Source: Octopus sinensis (Eukaryota). From it: DNA of 38,531 nucleotides. The position numbers and the translations under genes are program-made. Positions 1 to 12,086 of the stretch are shown piece after piece. Location of the stretch: contig NW_021832815.1 of the NCBI RefSeq assembly GCF_006345805.1, positions 1 to 38,531 of the forward strand, in the 5' to 3' direction. The notes under the pieces were generated by a model. That model did no database searches. It was given only the letters and a program-made list of their open reading frames with translations, and was not told where the DNA came from. How positions within the stretch are numbered: position 1 is the stretch's first letter; each line of letters starts with the position of its first letter.

Positions 1-814
1 CTTGTTGCGCAATATTTAGAAAAAAGATGAAATGATCAATCTAGAAAGCCTTTGATCAAAGTGACCCGGAGCAGGAAAGCAGCAACAAGAACAACAGCAA
101 GAAAGACACTCTCTGTTTATCTATCTACTTAATATACATTGTGTCTATAAATTCAATCACAACACACTTTGCCTATTTCTATACCCACGAAAATACACAT
201 AGCTTATATCTATATACAGTTGACATCTACACTCGACGTACATACACACACATTGCGTCTATTTCAATATAAACTGAATCGCTTTTTGTCTACCATTTCT
301 CATTTCCGTTTAATTTAAATGTCGCTCTTAAATCTTTTCTATCTTTTCAGCTCTGTGAATTCCCTTTAATAAGTGTAAGGTGACGAGTTCAATATCGTGA
401 CACTGCGCAGACGAACAGAAGCCACGAAAGAACGAGAAAGAGAGAGGGAGAGAGAGAGAAGATAAATGTCTGTGTGATTGCATATTTGTGTGCAGCCATG
501 TTTGTTCGTGCGTGTGTGTCTGTGTGTCTGTGTGTTTATACACATACATATGCATATACATACACGTATATATCCGGAAAGAGAGAGGGGCAGAGAGAGA
601 GAGAAGGGCCGAGTGATAGAAAGAAAGAAAATTGAAGGTAGCATTATTTCTATTTGAACGAAGAAATAGGAAGGAAATACCGAAAAAATGCCAAAAAAAA
701 AAGATGTAAATGACTCGGATTGAATTTCTTTTAAGAGAAGTAATCAAGTAATCACTCACTGGGGACTAAGAGGATATAAATAGAAAAACACACATCTACA
801 TGCTTTTAGAGAAG

Positions 815-819
815 TGTGC

Positions 820-882
<63 letters not shown>

Positions 883-931
883 ATACATACATTATATATA
901 TATATATATAATTAATTATATATATATACAT

Positions 932-963
<32 letters not shown>

Positions 964-1126
964 CTGTATAAATATATACTATATAATATTATATATACAT
1001 ATATATACACACACACACATATATATATACGTGTATTTGCGTCTAAGTAAATATATATGTGTATTGTACATGTATATATATATATATATGTGTTATGTGT
1101 GTGTATGTGTGTATACATACATAGAT

Positions 1127-1178
<52 letters not shown>

Positions 1179-1484
1179 TACGTGTATAATATTTATACAC
1201 GTATGTGAATATGGAATTACTTTTGTGTATGTGCGTCTAAGTTATATATATATGTGTGTATGTATGTATTATACATGTGTATGTACATATATATATGTAT
1301 ATTTATATATATACATAGGTGTGTTTGTGTATTATGCATGTACGTATGTGTGTGAGCGTGTATATATATATATATATATAATATATATATATATGTATAT
1401 ATGTAGGGGGTCTGTGTGTATATGTGTGCGTGTGTGTGTGTCTCTGTGTGTGTCCGTGCGTGCGTGTGTGTGTGTGTGTGTGTG
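815..1484. repeat. Compound (TA)n/(TG)n microsatellite tract. Similar tracts at ~4920-5070, 13820-13990, 14290-14470, 16780-17205, 19580-20050, 20370-20640 and 28750-29220
   Basis: Direct reading; these tracts produce the IYIY/VCVC ORFs in the track. Confidence 0.95.
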
Positions 1485-2423
1485 AATGAAATTTGGTAGA
1501 ATCATTGAGCGTCAGAAAAAATACAGTGGTAGTCATTATGATTGTGTCCGTTTAAAGCTCGATTCCCGTCGGGTATCCACTTTTGCTTTTCGTCCCTGCG
1601 GAGGAGACGGGAGAAATAAAGTATAACACCCCAGACAAATACTGGGGTACTATAAGCGATGGTGTCGGCTAATCCTTTTCTCCCTGTGCCGAAATTAGAA
1701 ATCATTAATATCGCTATTGCTTTTGCTGTTAAATAACGGTACACATTGCTGACAGGTCTAATTTTAAAATCGGGAAATTTAATTGAAAAGATAAATTAGA
1801 TGAACGAAGTGTCAGGAATAAAATATATATTTTCTCTGTGTGTGTCTATTTGTGTTTGTGTGTGTGTGTGTTTGCTTGTGTGAGTGTGAGTGTGTTCCTG
1901 GCCAGGTTTTGTTTCTAATGTTACCAATCAGAGAAGTGTGAAGAAGGAACTTTATAAATTCGAAAATTCCTAAAATTAGATTTTTTTTTCTCTCTCTCCT
2001 CTCTCTCTCTCTCTTCTCTTCCACTCTTTGTCTTTAAAATTAGAATGCGGTGGAGGTAGCGAAATAATAAATCTACGAGATGAAACTTTCTAACATCGGT
2101 TAGGAAATAAATTGAAAAATATCCAAAATAAAATAAGGAATAACAATTTCTTCTACCTTGTGCACAAATTGCTTATACCAGTTCCTCTCTCTCTCTCTTT
2201 GAGAGAGTGTCAGGTATTGGCAATTTCAACGATACCAATATCTGATTGGTCACTTGATTTTATCGACCCGAAAAAATTTGGCATGGCGTGATTTTAATTC
2301 AGTAAGCAGGGACGTTAATAAATTATAAAAGACTTCCTTTTTTTATATATTTTGCTGAATTCCCTATCCACTTCTCTTAGAAATGACGACCAGCACAAGG
2401 GGTCTTAACCTGGGAGATACAGT

Positions 2424-2751
2424 GGGAGATCCCCTTCGGTCATGAATGACCATGGGATTGCACCCAGAAAGTTACCCTCCGAGGTACAAGTCCGGGCAAG
2501 GTTGTTTATAGAAGGCCAGCAGTCGCCCATGCATACCAGCCTCATATCTCCACGCCACCGATGTTATCCAAGCCAAAGGCAAAGGTCGATACAGCTTGGC
2601 ACCAGTGATGTCGCAACTCATTTCTAACTGGAGCAACGTGAAATAAAGTTTCTTGCTCAAGAGCACAACGCGCAGCACGGTCCGGGAATCGAACTCACAA
2701 CCTCAGGATCGTAAGCTCGACGCTCTAACCACTGAGCGACGCGCCTTTACG
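2424..2751 (-). mobile_element. tRNA-derived SINE (family S3), full length
   Basis: Minus-strand A box GCTCAGTGGTTAGAGC and B box GAGTTCGATTCCC; TSD GGGAGATACAGT (2412-2423 / 2752-2763); homologous to 10004-10345. Confidence 0.9.
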
Positions 2752-3186
2752 GGGAGATACAGTACTAATATTTTAATTATATTTTCAATGAAATAGCCTT
2801 GTCGTGATTAAAATATGTTAATCTTTAAAGAATAAGTAATACGTTGCATTATCAGTGAGCAGAAACAAGAGTTCTGGTGTGGTTTACTCCAATACCAGCA
2901 TACATAGCCACAAGCGCAGGGTTTCTTAATCTGGGCGGTAGAATACTTATTTGTTGAATGTATTTTCATTAGAATATCTTTGTTGGGATTAAAATATGAG
3001 CAACGCACTGTGTTCTGTTTCCTTTGAGCAGAAACAAGACTGTTGGTGTGCCTAGGCCCAGTATCATTTCAATGCATAATTCCTAGCCTTCGTTAGTAAA
3101 TTCTGTACTACTGGGCATTTTTTGTCTGGTATCTTAAGTATTTTATTATTTCTTTGGGAGGGATACGCGAAATAAAAATTAATTAT

Positions 3187-3345
3187 AGGCGTAGGAGTGG
3201 CTGTGTGGTAAGTAGCTTGCTTACCAACCACATTGTTCCGGGTTCAGACCTTGGGCAAGTGTCTTCTACTATAGCCTCGCGCCGACCAAAGCCTTGTGAG
3301 TGGATTTGGTAGGCGGAAACTGAAAGAAGCCCGTTGTATATATGC

Positions 3346-3389
<44 letters not shown>

Positions 3390-3600
3390 GTTTGTGTGTC
3401 TGTGTTTGTCCCCCCACCCCAACATCACTTGACAACCGATGCTGGTGTGTTTACGTCCCCGTAACTTAGCGGTTCGGCAAAAGAAGCTGATAGAATAAGT
3501 ACTGGGCTTACAAAGAATAACGTCCTTCGGTCGATTTGCTCGACTAAAGGTGGTGCTCCAGCATGGCCACGCTCAAATGACTGAAACAAGTAAAATAGTA
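3187..3600 (+). mobile_element. SINE family S1 with internal (TA)/(TG) microsatellite
   Basis: GGCGTAGGAGTGGCTGTGTGGTAAG head to GACTGAAACAAGTAAAA tail; homologous to 3918-4347, 7030-7394, 31672-31721 and 35186-35638. Confidence 0.9.
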
Positions 3601-3861
3601 AATGGGCAAAGAGTGTATATTCAAGGCATTGCATAAAACACTTGTAAAGGCTCTCCCTTTTGAACTAAAGGTGCAGTTCGACCAACGATCTCCGACACAC
3701 AGTTTCTGACTCCCCAAATTCGCTCACAAAACTTGGGTCGCAGTAGAATCAAACCCAGGACCTTATGCTTGCAAACGGTACTTATTAACCCCTCAACAAT
3801 GCCTTCCCACAACAAATACATGCACACTACACACACGCGCACATGCACATATGTTTATCTC

Positions 3862-3894
<33 letters not shown>

Positions 3895-3917
3895 TTTATT
3901 CTATCCATGCTTGAGGA

Positions 3918-4107
3918 ACTCTTTACTCTTTTACTCTTTTACTTGTTTCAGTCATTTGACTGTGGCCATGCTGGAGCACCGCCTTTAGTCGAGCAAATCG
4001 ACCGAAGGACTTATTCTTTGTAAGCCTAGTACTTATTCTATCGGTCTCTTTTGCCGAACCTGTAAGTTACGGGGACGTAAACACACCAGCATCAGACATA
4101 CACACAG

Positions 4108-4190
<83 letters not shown>

Positions 4191-4347
4191 ACATATATAT
4201 ATACGACAGACCTCTTTCAGTTTCCGTCTACCAAATCCACTCACAAGGCACTGGTCAGCTTGAGGCTATAGTAGAAAACACTTGCTCAAGGCGCCACCCG
4301 GAACCATGTGGTTCGTAAACAAGCTACTTACCACACAGACACTCCTA
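3918..4347 (-). mobile_element. SINE family S1
   Basis: Reverse-complement copy with an (ACTCTTTT)n tail. Confidence 0.9.
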
Positions 4348-4972
4348 ATGATACAGTAGAAAATCGCCATTATATAGTTTTCCTCTCTCTCCATAAAGAT
4401 GTAATTCAATGTGTAACGATTCTTGACTACTCAGAACTGAAAATATGCAACAACATTGAAATAGCAGCTGTGTACGATTACTGACAATTCTATGGTCATT
4501 CAATACGGCAAGCTGTTACTGAAGTGAATTTCGCTTCTATTTCTAGCTCGACAAGTAACGCAGCAGGCAAGCCGCCTACTTTCTTGTTAGTTGCTCAACG
4601 CTGAAACGATTTGGTCGTTCAAGTTCTTCCTTCCCGATAACGTTTCGCTGATTAACATCTAAACCATCCAAAGCTTTATGAGATTGGCTCTAATAACGCA
4701 CGTCATATCGGAAGCTCCGGTAGGTAAACAGCGTAATAAATAACAGGTAAAAACCGTCCAGAGGAAGTCCGTGCAGTAATAATGCTAATAATGGCAAGTA
4801 TGGGGGGGGTGATGTTGGTGGTGGTTTTGGGGGGCGGAAAATTATTTCCTTACATTAATTTACAGACAATATTTCATCATAAACATTACAGCGTTAATTA
4901 GGACAGATACCTGGTATCTAGCTCTCCATACACACACACACACACGCATATGTATATATATATATATATATG

Positions 4973-5021
<49 letters not shown>

Positions 5022-5703
5022 TGTGTGTGTGTGTGTGTGGTGTGTGTATATATATATATATATACTATATATAAATTAATAAATAAAACATATGCATATA
5101 TTATACATAATGTACGTACCTACCTCTACGTGTATATATACACGCATATATGGGTACAGGACACCAAAAAATCGACGAACACAATGAGAAACGAAAACAT
5201 AAACACAAAACCAAGGAACTGGACATTTTTTTTAAACAACAACAAAAAATAGATACAGGACATAACACAAGGAAAACTTCCCTTTCTTCAGTCGCCATGG
5301 TTCATCTACTCTGCGTTTCGAAGGTGAAGGCGATACGCATCTTCGATAGAAACTTTCCTCCCGCGAAAAGCAAATTAAATAAAATTTGAGATCTTTTTGC
5401 GGAGGGGCAAAAATGGTAACAAAAACAGGACAGTAACGACAGTACATATATATATATATATTATATATATATATATATAATACATACATATACGCGCACT
5501 CACACACACGCGCTTAAAGCTTGAGTACGTTATTTTATGCGTCAAACAGTTTCTTACAACTCAAGAAAGAGCAAGCAACTTATTCAAGTGCTTAGTGCCT
5601 TAAACCGATAGCAAAGACATAGTACATGCTATCAACTCATAGTCTGTTCAGAATGGAATTCAGAAATAACTCCTGATTATATATACTTATACATACATAT
5701 ATA

Positions 5704-5759
<56 letters not shown>

Positions 5760-5854
5760 CGGGAAGCTTTATGAAAATAAACAAAAGACGAAGGCAGGTG
5801 GAGTACAAACAAACAATTGTATTAGTATGGCGCTCAGGATAGAAATAAAACAAG

Positions 5855-5892
5855 TCTTTTACATTTCGAGCCTACGCTCTTCGACAGAAAGA
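5855..5892 (-). pseudogene. Degenerate minimal hammerhead motif in a PLE-like remnant
   Basis: Minus strand reads TCTTT-CTGTCGA-A-GAGC-GTAG-GCTC-GAAA-TGTA-AAAGA; stems I and II pair, core A6 is mutated. Confidence 0.5.
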
Positions 5893-6049
5893 TACACAGA
5901 AAAGAAACAAGGAGAGAAACAAGGAGAGAAAAAATGCGTGTAGGAGCTAACGGTCCAACATGGCGTTCTGATTTCATCCAGAAGTCAGAGATCAGATCAC
6001 AGAGGTCAGACGTTAGACGCTCGTGGGATAGTAGGGGAGATAACAGGGT

Positions 6050-6122
<73 letters not shown>

Positions 6123-6469
6123 GTATGTATATACATAAATAAATTAGAGATAAAACCACTATTAGGCAAATCAAACAGTGAAAAACATACACCAAAACAT
6201 AAAAATAAATATAATTAATATAGTACACAAAAAATATAAAATATAATTTAAAATTAAATTATTTAAATTTGAAATTTTTAATTTATATTTATAAATTTTT
6301 ATATATATATTTTTTTTAAATTTTAAAACTTTTCATTTTTTAATATTTATGTTTATTTATTTATTTATTTATTTACATAACTATCAAAAGGTATTAAAAA
6401 GTTTAATATAATATAATAAGTAATAAGTAATATAATAAGTAAAACCACTTATATATATATGTATGTATG

Positions 6470-6525
<56 letters not shown>

Positions 6526-6555
6526 GTATATATATATATGTATAATATATATATT

Positions 6556-6604
<49 letters not shown>

Positions 6605-6769
6605 CTTTCTTATTGGCCACGCAGGGCTGAACATAGAGGGGACAGATACAATGTAGAGTTTTCTTTTCGAGGGGGGCGAAAACAAAATAAATTTTTTTTA
6701 AATAGATTGACAGATAGATAGATAGATATACCGATCAAAGACACTTCCCAAACCATAAGTTTAAGAAGC

Positions 6770-6937
6770 CGGTCTCCCGGATTCATTGGACAGGCTACCA
6801 ATCCATCGAAAGATTACTCAATTTTGACAGCTGAAATGCCTTGTCCAAGAACACAATGCATTGTCCGGGCCAGGAATCGAATCCACAATCTTACGATCAT
6901 GATTCCAACACCCTAACCACTGAGCCACGCGCCTTCA
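6770..6937 (-). mobile_element. tRNA-headed SINE fragment (S3-like head)
   Basis: Minus-strand GGCGCGTGGCTCAGTGGTTAGGGTG...GATTCGATTCCTGG head, then GTGTTCTTGGACAAGGC core. Confidence 0.7.
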
Positions 6938-6943
6938 CACACA

Positions 6944-6982
<39 letters not shown>

Positions 6983-7029
6983 TATATGTATATTTACGTG
7001 TGTGTATATACATGTATATACATGGACAT

Positions 7030-7394
7030 AGGCGCAGGAGTGGCTGTGTAGTAAGTAGCTTGTTTCTAAACCTCATGGTTCTGGGTTCAGTCCCATTGCA
7101 TAGCACCTTGGGCAAGTGTCTTCTTTTATAGCCTCGGGTCGACAAAAGCCTTGTGAGTGGATTTGGGAGACGGAAACTGAAAGAAGCCTGTCGTATATAA
7201 GTATATAGATATATGTGTGTGTGTGTGTTTGTCACCCTATACCCACCTGATAACCGGTGTTGGTTTGTTTACGTCCCCGCAAAAGAGACCGATAGAGTAA
7301 GTAAGTACCAAGCTTTAAAAAAATAAGTACTAGGGTCATTTATTCGACTAAAAATTCAGAATGGCCGCAGTCTAATGACTGAAACAGATGAAAG
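7030..7394 (+). mobile_element. SINE family S1 (diverged)
   Basis: Same head, core and tail as 3187-3600. Confidence 0.88.
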
Positions 7395-7536
7395 GTCAAA
7401 GCAAAAGATAAAAGATATTCATACATACATACGCTTACGTGCGCTTGTATGTGTGTGTAAGTACTGGAACGGTGTCGTATCTATGACCAGCATACTTAGC
7501 TTTCAAATATCTCACTTTACTCAAGTTAGGTTTTGT

Positions 7537-7837
7537 TTGTTCCTTCTCGAGCCATGCCTGGCTCATAAGGGCCGGTTTCCCGGTTTCTTGGCGTATAGGT
7601 TCCCCACCTGGACGGGACGCCGGTCCGTCGCAGGTGAGCTGCAAGATTCGGGAGAAAAGAGCGAGAGAAAGTTGTGGCGAAAGAGTCAGCAGAAGTTTCG
7701 CCATTACCTTCTGCCGGAGCCGCGTGGAGCTTAGGTGTTTTCGCTCATAAACACACACATCGCCCAGTCTCAGATTCGAACCCGCGATCCCTCGACCGCG
7801 AGTCCGCTGCTCTAACCACTAGGCCATGTGCCTCCAC
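7537..7837 (-). mobile_element. tRNA-derived SINE family S2, full length
   Basis: 20-bp TSD TTACTCAAGTTAGGTTTTGT (7517-7536 / 7838-7857); A box GGCCTAGTGGTTAGAGC and B box GGTTCGAATC on the minus strand. Confidence 0.93.
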
Positions 7838-8247
7838 TTACTCAAGTTAGGTTTTGTAAGTTTGACTGCTGAGGTAACTGCCTTCCGTAATCTTGAATTG
7901 CTTATGTATTGCCATTTACAACACGAACATCTTGAATGGTATGTCTAACACCCTACACAGTGTGATATGGATATTTGAAATTTGAATGCTTTTAGCGGAG
8001 TTTCTCCCTTTTTGAACGGAAGCATTGTCTGCAAGTCTTTCGTAATGTTATTAGTCATTAGATACTCAGTCCCGAGCAATCTCCGCAGCATCCCGAACCA
8101 AGGACAGCTAGCAAAGATTATGGATACTCTACCGCTTTCTACTCTTTCTCCTCTCTATTACTAACACATAGAAATGATGCAAAGCTTCACAGTAAACTTT
8201 CTTTACCAGTCTTGACTTCTTATTCAAACCCCACATTTAAAAGTTCG

Positions 8248-8675
8248 GGATCTTTTCGGTTTGAACGGCAGTTTTTTCTAGCGGTGTCATATGAAATCGT
8301 CACCCATAATTATGACCCTAATATCGATCTATTGCATTCCAATCTTTTTTAGGGTTAGGGTTAGGGTTAGGGTTAGGGGTGGGGAAAGGGTATCTTTTTT
8401 TCTTCAGAAATGTAAATAAACCCAATCTGTTTCTTAAACGAGAGACATATTCATACGGCACAGAATGCGTTTTACCTCAATAGACATATTTGATTGGTTT
8501 AAATTGCAGAAATTGCAGAAAAAGAACAACAAATATCTTACAAACTATAGAATTTTCTCAATAAAGCCAAGAGAAAAAGATGTTTTATAAACACATTCTA
8601 CCAGTATACGAAGTTCAAAATTTTTTAGTTACCTAGAGATTATGTTAAAAACTGCCGTTCAAACCGAAAAGATCC
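8248..8675. mobile_element. 428-bp MITE with 28-bp TIRs, 8-bp TSD and internal (TTAGGG)5
   Basis: TIRs GGATCTTTTCGGTTTGAACGGCAGTTTT / AAAACTGCCGTTCAAACCGAAAAGATCC; TSD AAAGTTCG at 8240-8247 and 8676-8683; telomeric hexamers at 8349-8378. GG termini with an 8-bp TSD suggest Merlin; hAT is not excluded. Confidence 0.88.
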
Positions 8676-8959
8676 AAAGTTCGTGTGCACAACAAACCAT
8701 CATGTGTCGAAAACTGCACACACAAATTATCTGCGCACGTAGTTTATCATGGTCAGTTGAACCTTGAGCACATTTAGTGGAGTTTCACCATTTTTTAACG
8801 CAGGCATTAGTGCCACGTCTTTTTTAAATGACATTTGCCTTCAGTTATTCAGTCCTAAGCAATCTTTAGATGTTCAGTTCTTTGCAATCTCCGCAATATG
8901 ACAAATCAAGGAGAGCTTACAAAGGTCACGGGTTCATTCTTTTTTCTCCACTGCCTTAA

Positions 8960-9356
8960 TCTTTATATATAAAAGTCAAGTTGTGTGTCTGTCTCCTACG
9001 ATTTAGATTCCTAACTATTCCCACATTTTGCGGTGCAGTGTAACCAAAAGCGGGTATCTTATAGTCGTGATTCATATCGAGCCCTTCTGGGTATTAGCGC
9101 GCGTCTACGATGAGTCTACGATTTAAAAAAAAATTACCATCATTTTTTTTCTATTTTAATGCATTTTTTTGCTATTATATAAGGGAAGTAACTCTCTAAA
9201 AATGTCTACGATGAGTCAACGATTTTAAAAAGAAATTACCATCATTTTTTTTCCATTTTTAATGCATTTTTTGCTATTTTTTGGCTATAACTTTCTAAAA
9301 ATGCTTATATAGTTATTTCCCTTACAAACCCGAGCAACGCCGAGCGATACTGCTAG
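8960..9356 (+). mobile_element. Non-autonomous Helitron-like element
   Basis: A|TC...CTAG|T boundaries; subterminal hairpin-like CCCGAGCAACGCCGAGC; internal ~100-bp tandem duplication (9103-9176 / 9203-9280). Confidence 0.75.
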
Positions 9357-10003
9357 TATTTATATAAAAAGAACGCGACGCTTTAGAGAAAACGCTGGCA
9401 ATTTTCTTGGCCTGTCTTGACCTTACATTCGAACCCCGAATTAAATAGGTTGCGTTCACAACAATCCAGCACGCGTTAAAATCTACACACCCGGAATAAC
9501 TACCGTCTACTTGACATTTCCCCTGGCCTCGAGAGATAACAATAAGAAAGAATATACATTTTTTTGTGACAATTTATCTTTCTTCTCTCTCTCTGGCTTT
9601 ATGACCGATCTCCTTGATTTGGGAAGAATTCTATATAAGGTAATCCTATTATCAACTAATGTTCCTTCTCCTATCTTGTTTTGTTTAATGCTATATAATG
9701 TAATATTGTTGCTATGGATCTCTGCTCTAAATGTAATAACAACTAGAACTTATCCGGATTATGAGGTCACGATGAACCAAGAAGTGTCAATAGATCTGCT
9801 CCAAACAAAATATAAAAGACGAATAAGTATATGAGTAATATCTTTACAAGTATCCTTTAAAATTGTATAACACAGGAGCGCGGTCGGAGTTTTATACTGT
9901 ACACATTCAATAAAAATTATATTCATCTCCTACGTATATAGATACACGTTCTAGCGCAGTACCCATAAAAAACGACGGTTAGTTTGATTGTGCAATACAT
10001 TCT

Positions 10004-10345
10004 GAGACCCTCTTCGGTCACGACACAGACCATGGGATTCCACCTAGAAAGTCACCCTCCGAGGTACAAGTCCGGGCAAGGTTGTTTATGGAAGACCAGC
10101 AGTCGCCCATGCATACCGGCCTCTTCTCTCCACGCCACCAGTGTTATCCAAGGGAAAGGCAAAGGAGCCGATACAGCTTGGCCCCTGTGACATCGCAACT
10201 CATTTCTACAGCTGAGTGAACTGGAGCAACGTGAAATAAAGTGTTTTTCTCAAGAACATGACACGCAGCGCGGTCCGGGATTCGAGCTCACAACCTCACG
10301 ATCGTAAGCTCGACGCTCTAATCACTGAGCCAGGCGCCTTCACTA
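10004..10345 (-). mobile_element. tRNA-derived SINE (family S3), full length
   Basis: Homologous to 2424-2751; TSD TGCAATACATT (9993-10003 / 10346-10356). Confidence 0.9.
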
Positions 10346-11231
10346 TGCAATACATTATGCAAACACAAATTACGCATAATCGCTTCTAAAGCAGTGGTGT
10401 ATCTAGTAAGCATTGGACTTCGAGAGAAAACCACCATGATAGTGAATAACCGAAAAGGAAAGGAATTTGAAGATTATTTTATCATGGATAGTAGACAGGC
10501 ATGAAGAAGAATGATTTAAAATGCGCTCACAGAAGAAACAATTACAGCAATACACACGAAATTTTTAGCTTTATACCCAGATAACGTATATACTGATAAT
10601 AATGGGTGCGTTTGAGGTAATTAATAAATGCATAAGTGACAATCTGAAATAAGCAACTAGCTAATACGCACATTACAAATACAATCCGTAAACAAGACAA
10701 TAAAAACACAGGAGACTGTTCTCAAATTCAGCATGGAACATTGTTTTCGATATCTACAATCCAGCAATGGAGCTTTGCATCTTTGTTAGAAACCAGCTCC
10801 TTCTTTACAGAGCGACTTTCATTGATAAATGACAGTAGAGGACACACGTACATACATTCGTACATCCAGATTTAGATATAAAAGATAAGAGGGGTTTTCG
10901 TCGGGGTGACTCAAATTAATGTGTATGTGCTCTAAGAGCTCAAATTGGTATGCTACTAAAATACCTGTTTGAACTGCAGTTGAAGATGTAATTTTGTGAC
11001 TGCCTTTTCTAAAGCGACTAGAAGTGGCTTCTCCTTGAGTCGGTAGGTATATGTTAAAGCAGATAAGATAAAGCAAACAGTTTTGCTAGACTTGACAAGG
11101 ACATTTAGTTTAGCTTTTATTGTATATCTAAATTAAATGTCTTTATCAAGTCATGCCGAACTGTTTGCTTTATCTTTTCTTCATTAATCTATACAGACAT
11201 AGATATATACATACACACGTACATACACGCA

Positions 11232-11536
11232 GTGGAGGCACATGGCCTAGTGGTTAGAGCAGCGGACTTGCGGTCGAGGGATCGTGTGTTCGAATCTCGG
11301 ACCGGGTGATGTGTGTGTTTATGAGCGAAAACACCTAAGCTCCACGCGGCCCCGGCAGAAGGTAATGGAAAACTTCTGCTGACTCTTTCGCCACAACTTT
11401 CTCTCACTCTTTCCTCCTGCATCTTGCAGCTCACCTGCGTCGGACAGGCATCCAGTCCAGGTGGGGAACCTATACGCCAAGATACCGGGAAACCGGCCCT
11501 TATGAGCCAGGCATGGCTCGAGAAGGAATAAAAAAC
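11232..11536 (+). mobile_element. SINE family S2, full length
   Basis: Homologous to 7537-7837. Confidence 0.9.
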
Positions 11537-11898
11537 ATACATACACGCGGGTGCACATACACACGCACGCACACACGCATACATATATGTGTGTGAGTGT
11601 GTGTTTGTGTGCGTTTATGTGTATGTATGTATTAGTGTGGTGTAGGTTGAGTGATGCTTTGTGTGGTATTTAAAGTTAACATTGTTTAAAATCTGTAAAA
11701 TGAAATATAAGCGTGAAAACAAAAGAAAGACAGATCAACAGTCTAGCTTATAGTTCGAAATTTCGGGGAAAATAGCATCTCACCACAAGGAAATGAGTGT
11801 GGTGGTGTTCAACTAGTATCGTTTGCTCAAATATGTTGGGGGTGGGAAATAACCAATCTACATCTTGTACCAGACAATCTACAGCAAATATAGCACAT

Positions 11899-12086
11899 AA
11901 TAGAAGAACCATCCGAAAGGTATATATCCGCATCAAAGAGCACATGCATGCAAAAACATCACTGAAAAAATCCCTAGGAAGTTCCAGTCCCTGGACCTTA
12001 CAATTACCTTCAAGGCAACAGACCATAACATTGGTAATTTGAGCATCAAGGGAGCCATCCTCATTATTGAAGCTATCAATCAACAA
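11899..12086 (+). mobile_element. Possible decayed Penelope-like GIY-YIG endonuclease C-terminal fragment
   Basis: RRTIRKVYIRIKEH, then after a frameshift LSIKGAILIIEAINQQ; resembles the PLE GIY-YIG motifs IGxTxRxLxxRIKEH and LxIKEAIxI...INxQ. Confidence 0.45.

Noticed and set aside
330-420. Polypyrimidine tract plus AG at 350 as a splice acceptor
   Set aside because: All frames hit stops within ~11 codons and no recognisable peptide results.
2700-2751. tRNA gene calls at SINE heads (also 7780-7837, 11232-11300, 38264-38335)
   Set aside because: They have A/B boxes but no complete cloverleaf, and they continue into SINE bodies.
4600-4780. Promoter-like cluster (ATTGG, CACGTCA, CGGAAG) with a possible donor AG|GTAAAC
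   Set aside because: Short motifs are expected by chance. The adjacent minus-strand sequence looks like a heavily decayed HHR/PLE remnant (CTCATAA...GCGAAACGTTA), and no transcript evidence is available.
5270-5360. HHR-like words in other PLE-type remnants (also ~16690, ~30590-30640, ~32670-32710)
   Set aside because: Core or stems are too degenerate to assemble a complete hammerhead fold.
7375-7758. 100-130 aa ORFs over S2/S1/S3 SINEs (also 11189-11584, 15907-16353, 35085-35390)
   Set aside because: They lie inside multi-copy tRNA-derived SINEs with A/B boxes and TSDs; the frames are not conserved between copies.
10960-11135. Minus-strand open stretch YTIKAKLNVLVKSSKTVCFILSALTYTYRLKEKPLLVALEKAVTKLHLQLQFKQ with AG/GT-like ends
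   Set aside because: No recognisable family and no supporting neighbouring exons; cannot be supported without a search.
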